Under the pieces are notes generated by a model, which had not been told where the DNA came from, made no database searches, and saw only the letters and a list, made by a program, of their open reading frames with translations. This document shows, piece by piece, positions 1 through 12,853 of a stretch of DNA of 64,000 nt. Numbering within the stretch: the first letter of the stretch is position 1; each line of letters begins with the position of its first letter. Made by a program: the position numbers and the translations under genes. Source of the DNA: Lobosporangium transversale (Eukaryota); assembly GCF_002105155.1 (NCBI RefSeq), contig NW_019029006.1, positions 62,001 to 126,000 of the forward strand. The letters are read 5' to 3'.

Positions 1-700
1 ATCTGTTGAGATATCTAAAAACATCAGTTTACAGAGCAAACGAGAAATAATGCTTGTAAGAAACAAATATCTTTTGTTTAGGTGAATAAGCACGCAGTGA
101 ATGACTTCGCTACACCACGTCGCGTGTGCAGACAAATAGTGACATATAGGTACAGCGCAGCAACATGTGAATCGGATCAATTAAAAAATCATCCGGGATT
201 GCTGCGTCATTGCATAAATCTATTTTTTGAAATGGAAACGTTTTTTTTTTTGAGTATAAATGCTCGCTTATGTTGGGTGTGGAAGAGCTTACCATATCAA
301 AGGGCACTACAAAAAAAGTTGTGACAACTGCAGAGAAGGTACCGAGCACTCCACTCAAGACACTAGGGCTTTCAAGGATCTTGATATCGTAGTAGTTGTT
401 CCCTTTGATCTGTTGCGCCAGGTAGTCGTATGTCGCAAATTGAAGGATCTTTGTTACAGTTAGGCCTGTACTAAAGACTGTCGCACCTGCATAGAGGGCA
501 CGGACACCATTATTCTTCTGCACGTCTTTAATGACCTTGAAGATGGAAGATGAGACTGGGACAGAGGATTTGCGTTGTTGCAACAATCGCACTGTACGTA
601 TGGGGTACATGAGCAAGATTGGTGGCACATTAAGTATTGTTCCATAGAAGTAGTACTTTTGAAAGTCGATTTTGGTTTTGTCAAGATCAGCAGGCGGCAT
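1..700 (-). CDS. Mitochondrial carrier (SLC25 family, SLC25A44-like), 5' part; 3' end probably runs off the window
   Basis: ORF 110..700 has carrier-like signatures YPIRTVRLLQQ, GVRALYAG and VPFDMV, followed by a GTAAGC splice donor near 291. Confidence 0.75.
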
Positions 701-1116
701 GCTGTTGTGCAGATGTCTCCCAATAAGGTTGTATTCAGGAACGAATGCAGAATAATCAGGTTAAGGTAGAGAAAAAAAAAAAAGTGTGTGTGTGAGAGAG
801 AGAAGGGGAGAGAGAAGGGGAGAGAGAGAGGGAAAAGAGGAAAAAGAAGTTACTGAAGGAAAAATAAAGAATAGAAGGGAGAAGGAATGGAGGAAAGAAG
901 GAAAGGATGGGAAGGAGTAGTTCAGCCGACTTGGGCGAAGGAGTATCACTAATTGCTCAATAAATGAGACCCTTAAGAGCCTTCTTTTCAATCACTCCTC
1001 CTTGAAAGTAAGTTCCTAGGCACGTTCTTAATGCCTTTGTCGAACACAAATGCATCGAATCGCCTTTTTCATCTCTCACATCTGTTCTCATCCTTAAAAG
1101 GGCTTCTCTTTTCTAT

Positions 1117-2316
1117 ATGACAACTCAAGAGCGACAGGGCCAAAATCGTACCCTTGAATGGGATGAGATCGCACCTCTTACAGACCTTCAGCGACAGAGT
1201 GTGTTTGACCTTCAGGATGCTTGTGCTGAGCTACCTTTACCTGCTAATGCAAGTTACTTTTATCTCCTTCCTCACATGACATGCGGGCAACAGCTATGAG
1301 ACATTATGCTTCTCCTTCCCCTTCTTTACTCGCAAGAGGGAAAAAAGATCACTTGCTGATACTGCAAAACCTAAATCCATTGGATATATGGACGAATGGA
1401 CATGGTGTGCTTTTCTTTTTTTTCTTTTTTTCTTTAAAAAAAAACAATAGCTTGCGATCACACACAGTTCCCCACTGCCTTCCAATAGATCCAATGCTGA
1501 CCTTGTAGGGCTAGCCAAGCAATATCCGCTTCATTCTTCTCCATTTCTGCAGCCAACAGTAGAAACAACCAACATGACAGGGGCTACACTTCCTAAATCG
1601 CGATTAGGAAGCTCCACTAATGTCGATGGGACCGCTATAGAGGATTATGCTTTTGCGACAACAATAGAGCCCATTGAGACAACACAACAGTTCCTGGATT
1701 GGTTTTCAACGATCGAAGTCGATATGGAGCGAGAACAGGAGGATGTCTATCGGTAAATATCTTTACCATTTCTTCAAAGGATAGCCTGGCAAATAATAAT
1801 GTCAATGACTGAGTCATTTACCGCTTACTCTTTATCTTATTTTATTCTCATCCTTGGCTTACTCCTTTGTAGGAACTATTTGACAGTTGTGATCTTGTAT
1901 AAAGAAGCATGCGACGTGTTCTTGAAGCAGATTGACGAGACATCAGAATGTTTCAAGAGTTTAGAGGGCCATTATGCATTTGTTGAGGAAAAGACAAGAG
2001 CACTGCAGCTGGCATGCGAAAAGCTATTACAGGAACAGGTATATAGGCTAGTCATACGCTACTTATTGTAATCTGATTGTTTAGGGGTGCTTATCAATTT
2101 TCTGCGTACGTTTATATGTGTTTATATATACTATAGACAAATCTACAAACATTAGCGGATCTGATGGCCTCAAAGCTGTCTTACTTTCACCAATTGGAAG
2201 CTGTGACAAGGCTATTTAATACACCAGGGGATGATGTTTGTCTTCATCCAGAGTTTGTCCCTATGTTAAGTAAATTGGATGAATGTCTAGATTATGTGCA
2301 ACAAAACGTGAGTATG

Positions 2317-2352
<36 letters not shown>

Positions 2353-2964
2353 TCACGTATTGTGCCCGCACTAGGTCGCATATAATTTCTAGAAGGCTGA
2401 TATTTCTTCCCTTCGTATTCCTCGCTGCTATTACATTGTGAAATCTTAGCTGAAATATAAAGATTCTGAGCTTTATCAGATGCGGTTCAGACAATGCATG
2501 ACACGTGGCATGACCTTGATCAAAATGTGTCTTATTACAAAGTTGAGAGCCTTGAGTGCAGAGGTCGCCTCCAAGAGACCTGTGCTTGCTAAAGGCGAAA
2601 CGATGAAGCCTGCTATCTCCACAAATTTATTTTATGTCAAGTTCAAAGCCATTGCTCCACCCCTTCGCCATCTTGTCGCAGAGCTCGAAAAACGATGTGC
2701 TCACCACAAAGAGTACGTAAAATCACCTCAAATTACAGGCTGGAGCCAATCAGTCCAACAAATGATCCTGCTGCAACTTAAATGTGGTGAGCTTACGCCT
2801 TAAACTTGTTTTTTTTTTTTTTTTTTTTTTTACTGTTTAGGTATAATTCTCTCCTGGAAGATTGCTACAACACTTATTTTTCAATTCGTCAACAGCTTCT
2901 CTCTCCTATGATTATAGCTGAAATTCAGTCGATGGGGCCTAGTCAACAGGACAAACTAGGATTT

Positions 2965-3005
<41 letters not shown>

Positions 3006-3257
3006 GGAAGGGGTAGTGCCCACATAAAAAAAAGTAAAAAATGATCCAAAGGCTTTTTCATGAGCATTGTAGGAGAAAGACTGATCCTCGTGTGGCCCTA
3101 TTTTAATAGGCAAGAAATGGATTGGCATACCTCACATCTGTTTGCATGGATGAATACTCTCTCTTTTACAATTTCTTCAATACCGGCGAATCTGAACTTT
3201 AGTAAGAATTCTTTCAAGAATGGCTCAGATTATGAAAAAACATTAATGTAGCATTAT

Positions 3258-3288
<31 letters not shown>

Positions 3289-5104
3289 GCACAAACACAG
3301 TGGGTACCTTGATTCCTTAATCGGATATCTATATGACTATTTACGGCCAAGAATCATCCATGAAAATAAGATTGATATTTTATCAGAACTATGTGTTATT
3401 ATGAATATCCAACAGTCAAACATCCCAAGTAAGATGAACATATTTTGTATCTTTTTAGTCTTTTTTATAATTACTATTTTGCTTACAATCATTTACAAAA
3501 ATATTGCCTCCTTTTGTTATTATTAGTTGATGAAAATTCTCACTTGGCTTTTGGATATTTGATCCGCAATATGCTTCAGGATGCCCAACAGAGACTTGTT
3601 TATCGAGCACAGGCGTTTATTCGCTCAGAGATTCAAGGATACAAGCCCTCACCAAATGTTTTGGACTATCCAGCACGTCTTCAAGGTAATAGAATGGCAG
3701 ATTCATGGACATGAACAAAATATAATGAAATATTTGATGCTCTCTTTTCTTCTTCTCTTATACGGTTCTGGTCTTTTTTATAATAATACGCCATGTTAGC
3801 GGCCCCACCGTTGCCTGCTGGCGGCTCAGATGGTCCCTCAAGACCAGCTTCCTCCCAGCATATTTATAGACCATCTGACACCGAGAGTATTGCGGAATCT
3901 ATACCAGAGATATCATCTCCAACACCCTCACTAGCCAGTAGCATCACTGGAGGATACTTTTCATCTCCGACTATCCAACAGTTTGATGAATCTGCCACCA
4001 TGTACCAAGGGTGGTATCCAACCCTTCAAAAGACTCTTTGGCTGTTGACGAAGATCTACAAGTGCGTAGATCAAAGTATCTTCGATGACCTGTCTCAGGA
4101 AGCCCTATCTAAATGCTTAGCCTCTTTAAACCATGCATCGACCATGATCAAGGAAACCAAGGGTGGGGATCCAGTAGATGGACTATTGTTTTTGATTAAA
4201 CACCTGTTGATCCTCAAAGAACAGATTGCGCCTTTCGAGGGTAACTTTGTTCATTCAACTAAAGAAGTGGACTTCTCAAGGGTGACGGATGCAATCACAG
4301 CCTTGTTTCGAGATCGATCGAATTTGCTCAGTTTTGGATCCTGGTTTGGAGCAGTTTCTCAAACGATCACACCAACATTAGTGGATAGTTATTTGGACGC
4401 AAGACAAGAGATCGATCGAGATCTCAAAATGGTCTGTGAGACATTTATCTTGGAAATGGGTAAATCGGCTGTACATTCATTAGCAGAATTTATGAACAAG
4501 GTTGCAGGATTCAGAATTCGTGCGGATGTAGAGGCAACAGCAGCGCAACAGAACTCATCTACATCATTGCGACGACCTCCTATGTCATTAAAAGATAAGC
4601 CATTTGCTCGGATTGAAGAGTTGAACCGAATCATGACAGACTTTAAAGAAACGATCCCTCCAAGGATCCAATGGACAATCAGGAAACTATCAATGTATTT
4701 GAAAGATCCCGACACTGAGATGATTTTAATGCGTCCAATCCAGGTAAACAAACAAGGAAAAAAAAAAAAAAAAAAAAAAAAAAAGAATTTAAGCAAATAC
4801 TTTTTTTTTGGCATTTTTGTTAACTTTTTTTTTTTTTTTTTTTTTTTTTCTATTATAACTATCTGCTCATTTATTGTAGTCCTTTATCATCGAATCATAC
4901 CAATCGTTCTATGATACTATCTTGTTCGAGTATGACCCTGCATTGACACTCAAGGCATCCCAACAAGGTCCTAACGGACATCGTAATATTCAGCACGCTG
5001 GTATCCAGCAACTTGAACCCATCGAAAGTATTGTTCACTGGGTGAGCGAGTTGGTACGGTTTGAGATAAAGAAGAACAACCCAGATTTTATAATGCAGTC
5101 CTAG
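1117..5104 (+). CDS. COG3: Conserved oligomeric Golgi complex subunit 3 (Sec34), multi-exon
   Basis: Exon translations contain IETTQQFLDWF, EKLLQEQ, LSYFHQLEAVTRLFN, LVYRAQAFIRSEIQGYKP..LDYP, WYPTLQKTLWLL and DGLLFLIKHLLILKEQIAPF, all typical of Sec34/COG3; GT-AG introns lie between them. Confidence 0.93.
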
Positions 5105-5397
5105 TCGAATGGTCATAAATTAATATATCATGACAAGAAAAAAAAAAAAATAAGGAGGAAAGAAAACAACTTTAGAGTTTAGTTAATTGAGCCAATGAAC
5201 CTCGATGGTCCCTTGGCTTGTGCGCGAATTGTATTTATTGGTGGATTAACAGCCAACTATTCTCATCTCTCAGAGCTCATTCATCGTCTCCATCTGTTCT
5301 TCTTCCATCTTCTTTTGTTTATATAAAAAATACTTTTGACATTTCCTAATTATTTCTCATATTCTCATAACATAAGCATATCCTCAGCTAAAAGAAA

Positions 5398-6846
5398 ATG
5401 ACTGTACAAAATCCCCTGGATCTACCAGAGATACTCTCATGCATTGGTGAATTTCTAAGGCCCCAAGACCGCATTCATTGTCTACGAGTGTGTAAAACAT
5501 GGTACCGGACTTTATTGCCTCAAGCATGGAGGACTATCTGCCTTCCCCCTATGAGTGGCGTTAGTATGCAGATATCACCAAGGCTAAAGGATTCATCACC
5601 CTCTATGGAGTTATTGGAACGACATGGCCCCTTCGTACGCACTCTAGAGACGACATACCGCAATAATATGCACAATAGCAAGCATCAATACTTCTCTAAC
5701 TTGACTAGCCTCCGGACCTTGAAGCTATGGATGACAGATAATGATAATGCAGATCGATTGGACGCCAGATCAAATTCAAGCACACATCTACCCTTACACT
5801 CACATTCACAATCTTACCCACATTTACCTTCGCAAAAAACAATGATATTGATCATGGCTAATAACTACGACCTCTTGACCACGCTCAAAGTAAATACAGC
5901 TGCGTATGGGCGGAGACTCCCAAAGGGCTTTTTGAATGCTCTTACGAACTTGAGGGCTCTTAAGTATTTGACGCTATCCAACATCATGATGACAAGGGAG
6001 CATGTGGAGGATCTTCGAAGGCTTTGCTGTATTCGCCTAGAGAGCCTGGCCCTGATGGAAGTCCTTATAGTACCAAATAAGAGCAATAACCATAATAGTA
6101 ACGACAATGGTACCAGTAGTAACAGTACAGTAGCATTGCATCCGTTCCCATATTTACGGGAAATTGGAATGTATCATGTGGAAGGCTTCGATGGTCAAGA
6201 GCAGTTTGATTTAATTCATCATTGTCCGCTTCTCGAGAGCCTGAGCTGGTATTCAAGTCAGTTGGAGATGACAGAGGTCTCAGTTTTGTTGGCGAAGCAA
6301 GTCTTGACTGGAACATGGCCATTTCTTAAAAAACTATCCATTCATCTGAACGGTATGTCAGATTCAACTTTAGCTATGATTCTGAGCGGGTTAGGGGAAC
6401 GGACCGCAAAACTAAATCTTGCAGGGACAGGATTTGGACCGTTGAGTTTTTCAAAACTGCAGCCTGCTCAAGCATTGAGTGTTTTGAAGCTGCAAGACTG
6501 TGTGCATTTGACAAGCGAAATGCAACGAAAGATCTTGTGCTCCTGTCCAGGGTTGAGGGTGTTTATAGGTGAGGCCATTGTGGCCAAGGAGGTGGTCATC
6601 CATGAGGATAGGCCTTGGGCGTGCCAGTTGATAGAAACACTGGATGTTCGGTTCCTATTTGGTGGTGGCCATGATGAGGGTTGCAATAATGATGGCAGTG
6701 AAGAGGATGATGATAAGGAAGAGGCTGAAGAAAAGCTATGTCATAAAGAATCCAGGGTCTCCAGCAAAAAGAAGAGAATGTCTTCACAAGATATTTGGAA
6801 TGCTATTCAAGCACGCCTCTCTGAATTGAAGTATCTTAAAAGATAG
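5398..6846 (+). CDS. F-box / RNI-like leucine-rich repeat protein, possibly C-terminally truncated
   Basis: N-terminal F-box-like NPLDLPEILSCIGEFL..CLRVCKTW, followed by LxxLxL repeats (CPLLESL, WPFLKKL, CPGLRVF, RPWAC). Single exon of 482 aa that ends abruptly in an LRR-like segment. Confidence 0.8.
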   Translation: MTVQNPLDLPEILSCIGEFLRPQDRIHCLRVCKTWYRTLLPQAWRTICLPPMSGVSMQISPRLKDSSPSMELLERHGPFVRTLETTYRNNMHNSKHQYFSNLTSLRTLKLWMTDNDNADRLDARSNSSTHLPLHSHSQSYPHLPSQKTMILIMANNYDLLTTLKVNTAAYGRRLPKGFLNALTNLRALKYLTLSNIMMTREHVEDLRRLCCIRLESLALMEVLIVPNKSNNHNSNDNGTSSNSTVALHPFPYLREIGMYHVEGFDGQEQFDLIHHCPLLESLSWYSSQLEMTEVSVLLAKQVLTGTWPFLKKLSIHLNGMSDSTLAMILSGLGERTAKLNLAGTGFGPLSFSKLQPAQALSVLKLQDCVHLTSEMQRKILCSCPGLRVFIGEAIVAKEVVIHEDRPWACQLIETLDVRFLFGGGHDEGCNNDGSEEDDDKEEAEEKLCHKESRVSSKKKRMSSQDIWNAIQARLSELKYLKR

Positions 6847-7098
6847 TAGATAATAACGCCTCACTCTTATGTTTCTATGCCATCTTCTGCACAATCCACT
6901 CTCATTAATCACTGTATTTGATAAATAAAAAAAAAAAAAAAAAAAAAAAAAAATTCATTAATTTGCAACTAGCCTGTTTGTTAATGTTGGTGGCGCTCGA
7001 CTGCACGTGATTTTTGGTTGAGCCGCCAATATTGCGTGTACTGTGTAGTACATTTTCCGAAAAAAACATTGCTCACGCTTGACAATCAAAAGAGAACC

Positions 7099-8181
7099 AT
7101 GGGAAATTCAGCATCAAAGGCATCGTCGGGAGCAAAGACAGCTACTAGACATTTCCCTTCAGCTAATGTGATTCGAGAAAAAGCGGCAGCAGCAGCAGCA
7201 GACTCTAGTTCAGCCAAAGCTAGTGCAGTAGCAAGCAGACCGACGACCAGCTCTCCAAAACAGGATTATCTTGAAGATCAAAGGAAGCTTGAGGAGGAGA
7301 TTGCTCGATATGATGAGCAGATACAGAAATCAGGAAAATTAGGTAAAGAAAGAGAGAAGAAAGAAAAACTAGAAAGGCAAAATCTGAAAATAGGATTGTG
7401 TATTTGATCAAGTATGGTAAACGCTCATCTTGTTGGATTCATAATAATATTTCTCTTATTTTCAAGATGGAGAAAGTAGGCCATCGGAAGACACACCTTC
7501 AGCAGCTGAACTCCAGTTCTTTGGGAACCTAAGAAGCATTGGTCAAGTCAGGGTACCCAACCCTGATCAAATCAAACACCGCGAGGTATGACCTGTGAAT
7601 TCGTCATAAAAGAAGAGCACTGCTCATGTAATGTCTAATATCACCCTTCCTATAATTATTATCATTAGGCTGAGGAGGTCTTAAGGCATAAACTTCCTGC
7701 AAAGCCCACCACATCACCATACTCACCATCGTCGGTTGCACAGTCCTCATCTGTATCACAATTGAACTCTTCTGCAACGACAAGTGCCACGACCACATCG
7801 TCGTATAATCTCACATCATTGAAACTGATGGAGCTTCTTCAGCTACGGAATCATGATCCTTCTGTTTGGACTGTCGATCGTCTATCTGAAGAATTTGGGA
7901 TGAAGAGAGAGGATATTCAAGCGTTGACCAAATATGTCAATACCTATACAATTATTCCAGGCAAAGATGCCAAGGGTCGCGAATCTGGCGTTTGGTGTGA
8001 GGACCTTCGAGGCGTTCAAGTTTTAGAGAGAGCGAGCGCAATGCAAAAGGACACCAAGAATGGTGGTGAGTCCGCATCAGCTGCAGCTGCATCGACGTCA
8101 GCATCATCTTCATCATCACCATCATCAACGACAACAACAATATCAACTGCGATGACTAGGAACAGAGAGCAAGCACTATAG
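7099..8181 (+). CDS. NDUFAF4-like (complex I assembly factor-like) protein, 3 exons
   Basis: MGNSAS N-myristoylation-like start; the C-terminal LMELLQLRNHDPSVWTVDRLSEEFGMKREDIQALTKYVNTY resembles the NDUFAF4 C-terminal helix-turn-helix-like block. Confidence 0.55.
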
Positions 8182-8449
8182 AAAAACAGCCTACTGATGA
8201 TCTCTTCAAAGTCATGCGGACCCCTTTTGTAATAAATAATAATGTTTGAAGGCAGAGACGAAAGAAATTTATACATGTACATCCATAATTCTTTATCGGT
8301 ATTGTTCTTGTAATATATTAGAAAATCGTAATTTATAAAAGAATTGCTTCGACTCGTGTAACACCAAGCCTTGGCAAATAAAGGAAAAGAACTGTAAAAA
8401 GATCATCTCAATTTAAGGGCAAATCCAAGAGCAATGGTCGTTTTCTCTA

Positions 8450-10546
8450 CTAGAATGGTTGAGGAGTCAAGACAGGCTGGGGTCTGATAGGTGGACGGCT
8501 ATCAAAGTTAGATTGTGGCATAGGAGGTAATGTTCGGCCTTGAACATTATTAGTGCTGATACTATGGAAATGTCGCTGATACCAATTCTCAATCTCTCGT
8601 AATTCAGCATCATAAGATGGGGAAGCAACCATGGGGCCGCCAGCAGGTCGATAAGGAGCTAGAGCCATCCTATCACCCCGAACTCGATGAGGCAATTGAT
8701 GTGGGAAATAAGGTCTCATATCATAGAACGCGTGCCACATTTCATCTCCAACCATCTCTCCGTTCTGATAAAAGGTCCGGTCTCGTTCAATTACACCTCG
8801 AAGATGCATATCCGAATCTAATGTCTGTTGGATCAGATCTACCGTCAAATTTTCTAAAGGCGTATCATCTGGGACAAACCATCTTGTCAAGGGACGAGTA
8901 TCTGTAAAATTAGGTATGGCCTCATCACGTGCGTTCCATTCAATGATAGGCGAGGTTTTGGCTCTATAATGAAACCAAGCTCTGACCAAGAAGTCGAACA
9001 TTGCACGGTTCTCTCGTTGACTGAAACGAACTTGAGACCTTTTAGGTAGACAGGCGGGATCATCTGGGTTACGACGACGTTGGGTCGAGAATTGGACCAT
9101 CCAAGCAAATCGCTTCTGCTCTTGGTCGTCCAAGGATCGGATCTTGAGAAGAAGCTCGTACACTGGATCACCCGGCTGGGGCGTTTTGCCAATATATAGC
9201 CACTGGTAACAGAATGGCATCACTACGATATAGAACAAAAAAAGAATGGGCATCAAGATCTTTTTTTCTTTGCGTATGTGTTTTTTCCAGGCTAAAAATG
9301 AGTAAACAATTGAGGAAACAAAGATACTGCCACTATGGAAAGCATAATATATAGCTCAGCTTACTCTGTACGGATCTCATGAGCTCCAAGCGGAAGTTTA
9401 GGTAATCGTTTAGGGCAATTGCTTCTGTTGGATCACAGAGGGACATGAATCCGATCAGATCTTGCATGCTTATATGCAACCAATGAGCGACTTGGTCTGT
9501 TCGAAGGTATCGAATCACGGGGGCGGTCTCAAAAGGCACATTCTTGTCCCGCACAGCAATGGTCCAGTAGGTGAGAGGATCAGCATTGACCAAACGAGTC
9601 GCTGCCCGATTTTCGGGCGCAAGTCTTGGCATCCAATAAAAGACTGAGGCCAACGGAGTGTTATAATGCTCTCGGCCGTGCATAAAGGCCTGCTGCATCG
9701 CTTGAATGGTTTGGGCGACCCATTGCTCGGTCCGCTCTTGCTGTTGTTTGAACAAGACGAAGGTGAGGAGACATTGTAAGTATGAAACCTTAATAGTATC
9801 ATCCCCTGAAAGAGAAGAAGAATGCTTTCTTGTTTATTTTATGACTGTACCTCAGTCATGGGGATAAGAGGTATAGGAGGCATTGCTGGCGGCCGTGTTC
9901 GCTGCCGTCTCCCATTTGCTTGCACCTGGCTTTGGGATTTTGTTTGCCTTTGTTCCTGCCCCTGCACTTGTACCTCTAAGGGGGATGGGTCCACGGCATC
10001 ATTTTCGCCTCTTACACTTGAGCCTGCGCCGCTCTCCTTTTGGCTTCCTAATGCACGATGAACTGCAGCGTGGATCCTTTGATGCTGAGCCGGAGTTAGC
10101 ACTCTTCGAGGCGGTAGAGGTTCATCGTACGATGAGCTCGCTATATCTTCCTTTATTTTGATATCTCCTACAAGAACGCTTACATTGCAACTAGGCATAA
10201 CAGGCCCTGCCTGAGCGTTTATAAAGGATTTAATATCGGCTGCAACAACCTCTTGCTTAGTCACCTCAGCCTTGCAGTCATGCTCATGGCCATGGTCAGC
10301 TGCATGGCGAGTTGCTGCACGCTTTGGGAGGGCATTGGATGATGCCGAGGAATGTCTCCGCTTCAGGGAATGTATAGTCGTAGGCACGCAGGTACCCCTA
10401 TTCGGTGAATCAATAGCGCTAGTAGCAGCAGTAGCGACAGCTTTTGCTTTCTCGGCTTCTTCTGTCTCACGAGCTGTACGTGCTAAAGTTTTGAGGCGGA
10501 TTCTCTCCGATACTCGAAGACCTTCTCGAAGATCTTGCTCAGCCAT
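8450..10546 (-). CDS. Hypothetical protein, 3 exons
   Basis: Three long collinear minus-strand ORFs (9839..10546, 9333..9755, 8450..9256) separated by short AT-rich intron-like gaps; no recognised domain. Confidence 0.65.
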
Positions 10547-12853
10547 AATGAACGAACAGAAGTGAAGGAAGATTGGGGTTATTTTGCGAGAGGAACAAAA
10601 TGAAGCACAGCAAAAAAGTATATGAGTATATGCCTATCAACGTATTGATGGTAGTGGGAAAAGAAATGATTGAAAATGGACGCTCTAAAATGGTGGGTAT
10701 ACTGGATTTGAAGAGGGACTATAGGATGTTTTTTTATGTAAGGGTTTTTTATCGTCATTGCTTTGAATGGATATGCTTCCCGCCTTTTATCCAAGAAAAG
10801 TGCTTTCTTCAAAGCCATGAATGGATTAATGTAGACGCCTGTCATATTTCAATATGCCGTGATTGTACGACTTTGAACGGCTTGGAAAAAGAAAGGATAA
10901 ACAACAAGTATTTAAAAGCCTTTTTATTTTTTATTCTACTTTATTTTACCTTTTCGTAGGCTTATCTGTAGCCATATTATTATATTGTGAGAATATTTCA
11001 TAAGAGACTAGGACCAATGCTTATCAGGTTGCCACAAATGTTCCTTTACTCTAAAAAAAAAAAAAGAAAAGTCGATCACGACTCTGCATTTCCCCAATCT
11101 GAGCGATATCGAAAAACCATTGTGGAACACGGCATAATTCGATTGGCTGTAAATGTGGTTGCATGCATCTCAGAAAGTTAAAGGAACCTATTATACTTTT
11201 GTTTTGTGTTGATTAATTTATTTCTTGCAGATCAGTCGATTATATCCACACGCCAGAATATCTGCCCTGACCTTTTATATTTTTTCATTTCTTCTTTTTT
11301 CCAACAAGATCATGAGTAATCAAGGGGGAAAGGAGGCCGAGGGCTCTTTCATGATTTTTTTTCTTGTCTGTTGTAATTCATTCGTATAGTTGCATGATGT
11401 CAAAATAATGTGACAGACGAATGACAATTGCTATGACAAAGGCCCTGAGCTATTTTCTTCCCCCTGCTCTTGAAAGGCCCACATTGGTTCGTAGACAATG
11501 TCATCGGAAGGTGTTGTGTTTGTCTGGCAATCCCTAAATGGGCTGCGATTGAAATAAAAACATTTAAAGTAAAGAAATGCATCTTTTTTTGGTGTCACCA
11601 TAAGCTACTAGATCGATTTCCTGTTTTGTCCTGCTACATGAGACGCGTCTTTGTGTGCTACATGATAATGGAGACTAGACCGTTGGTTTTTTTGTATGAA
11701 TGGACAGACAACTGTCAAAAATGAAGGAATGTGCGCGTTCCTCACATCCCGCCCTCTCGACCTCCTTTACTCCTTTCTCTTCACTCTCTTTTCTTCTCAT
11801 ATCTTTATAAACCCATTCCCACAATTTTTTCCTTTTTTTTTTCTTTTTCTTTTTCTTTTTTTTTTTTTTTTTTTTTTTTTGAAGAAAAAAGATAAATGTC
11901 AAGAATTTAGAGTGTGGTAATTATCTCTTTTGAAGTTCTAAATCCACATGGTTTGGCACTATTCATCTAATTCTTTGTCGCTCACTTACACTTCTTTCTC
12001 TTTAATTACTATTATTATACTTATTACTCTTACCTATGGTTACTGATCATCTGCTCAAAGCTACTCATGGAAGGATTGGGAGTCATTCATGCCGTGCACT
12101 TCCGGCTTTGCTTTATGGAACGCAATTACTTGGTTGGCAGCTCTTTTTTTTTTTTTTTTCTAAAAAAAGTATGTTAAAGGTCATAAACCCAATCGTAGCA
12201 TGCAATGCACGATGTAAGTGCAACCCCATGTGCACTTGCTCGTCTTTTTCTCTATAGTTGTTGTATTGAAACGATTGAATGGTTGATAGCCACTTTTTTT
12301 ATGCGCTGTAATTATCTCTCCAAAGGAAAGGGGGAAAAGAGAAAGCCGTTTTATGGCAAATGGGATATGTTGAGTGATATATAGCGAAAGATAACTCTAC
12401 TCTAGCACTTGCCTCACTTAAGTAAGGGGCACTAACCGAGGAACTCGAGCAATTGTCTCGACTAGACATATCAGCTGGATCAAGAAAGATGAAGAAGAAG
12501 GAGTAGAATGCAATAATTCAATCATATATTTGCGAAGCTGCGCCTTGCATTAGTGGGCAGGGTATAAGTAACGCAGAACCTTTCACGTTTTCTTCTCCTC
12601 TTTTTATCTTTTTGCCTTTTTATATACATGCACGTTTAAACCAAGCTCCTCTCATCAAAAAACTACAAATTATACGCGACAAAGTACAGCACATACCTGC
12701 ATTAATTATCAAGAAAAAAAACACAAATTACCCTTTCCGGCCTGCATTCGACCATCCCTTGGGCTTCCATCTGAAAGACATCAAGGCTTTATTCCTCCCA
12801 AAAGCGCTAGCCGCCCATCCTTCCAAGGCCTTATCCACTATTAGCGCCAAGCC

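Noticed and set aside
786..915. GA-rich repeats upstream of the carrier gene
   Set aside because: An ordinary purine/pyrimidine promoter tract with no higher-order structure.
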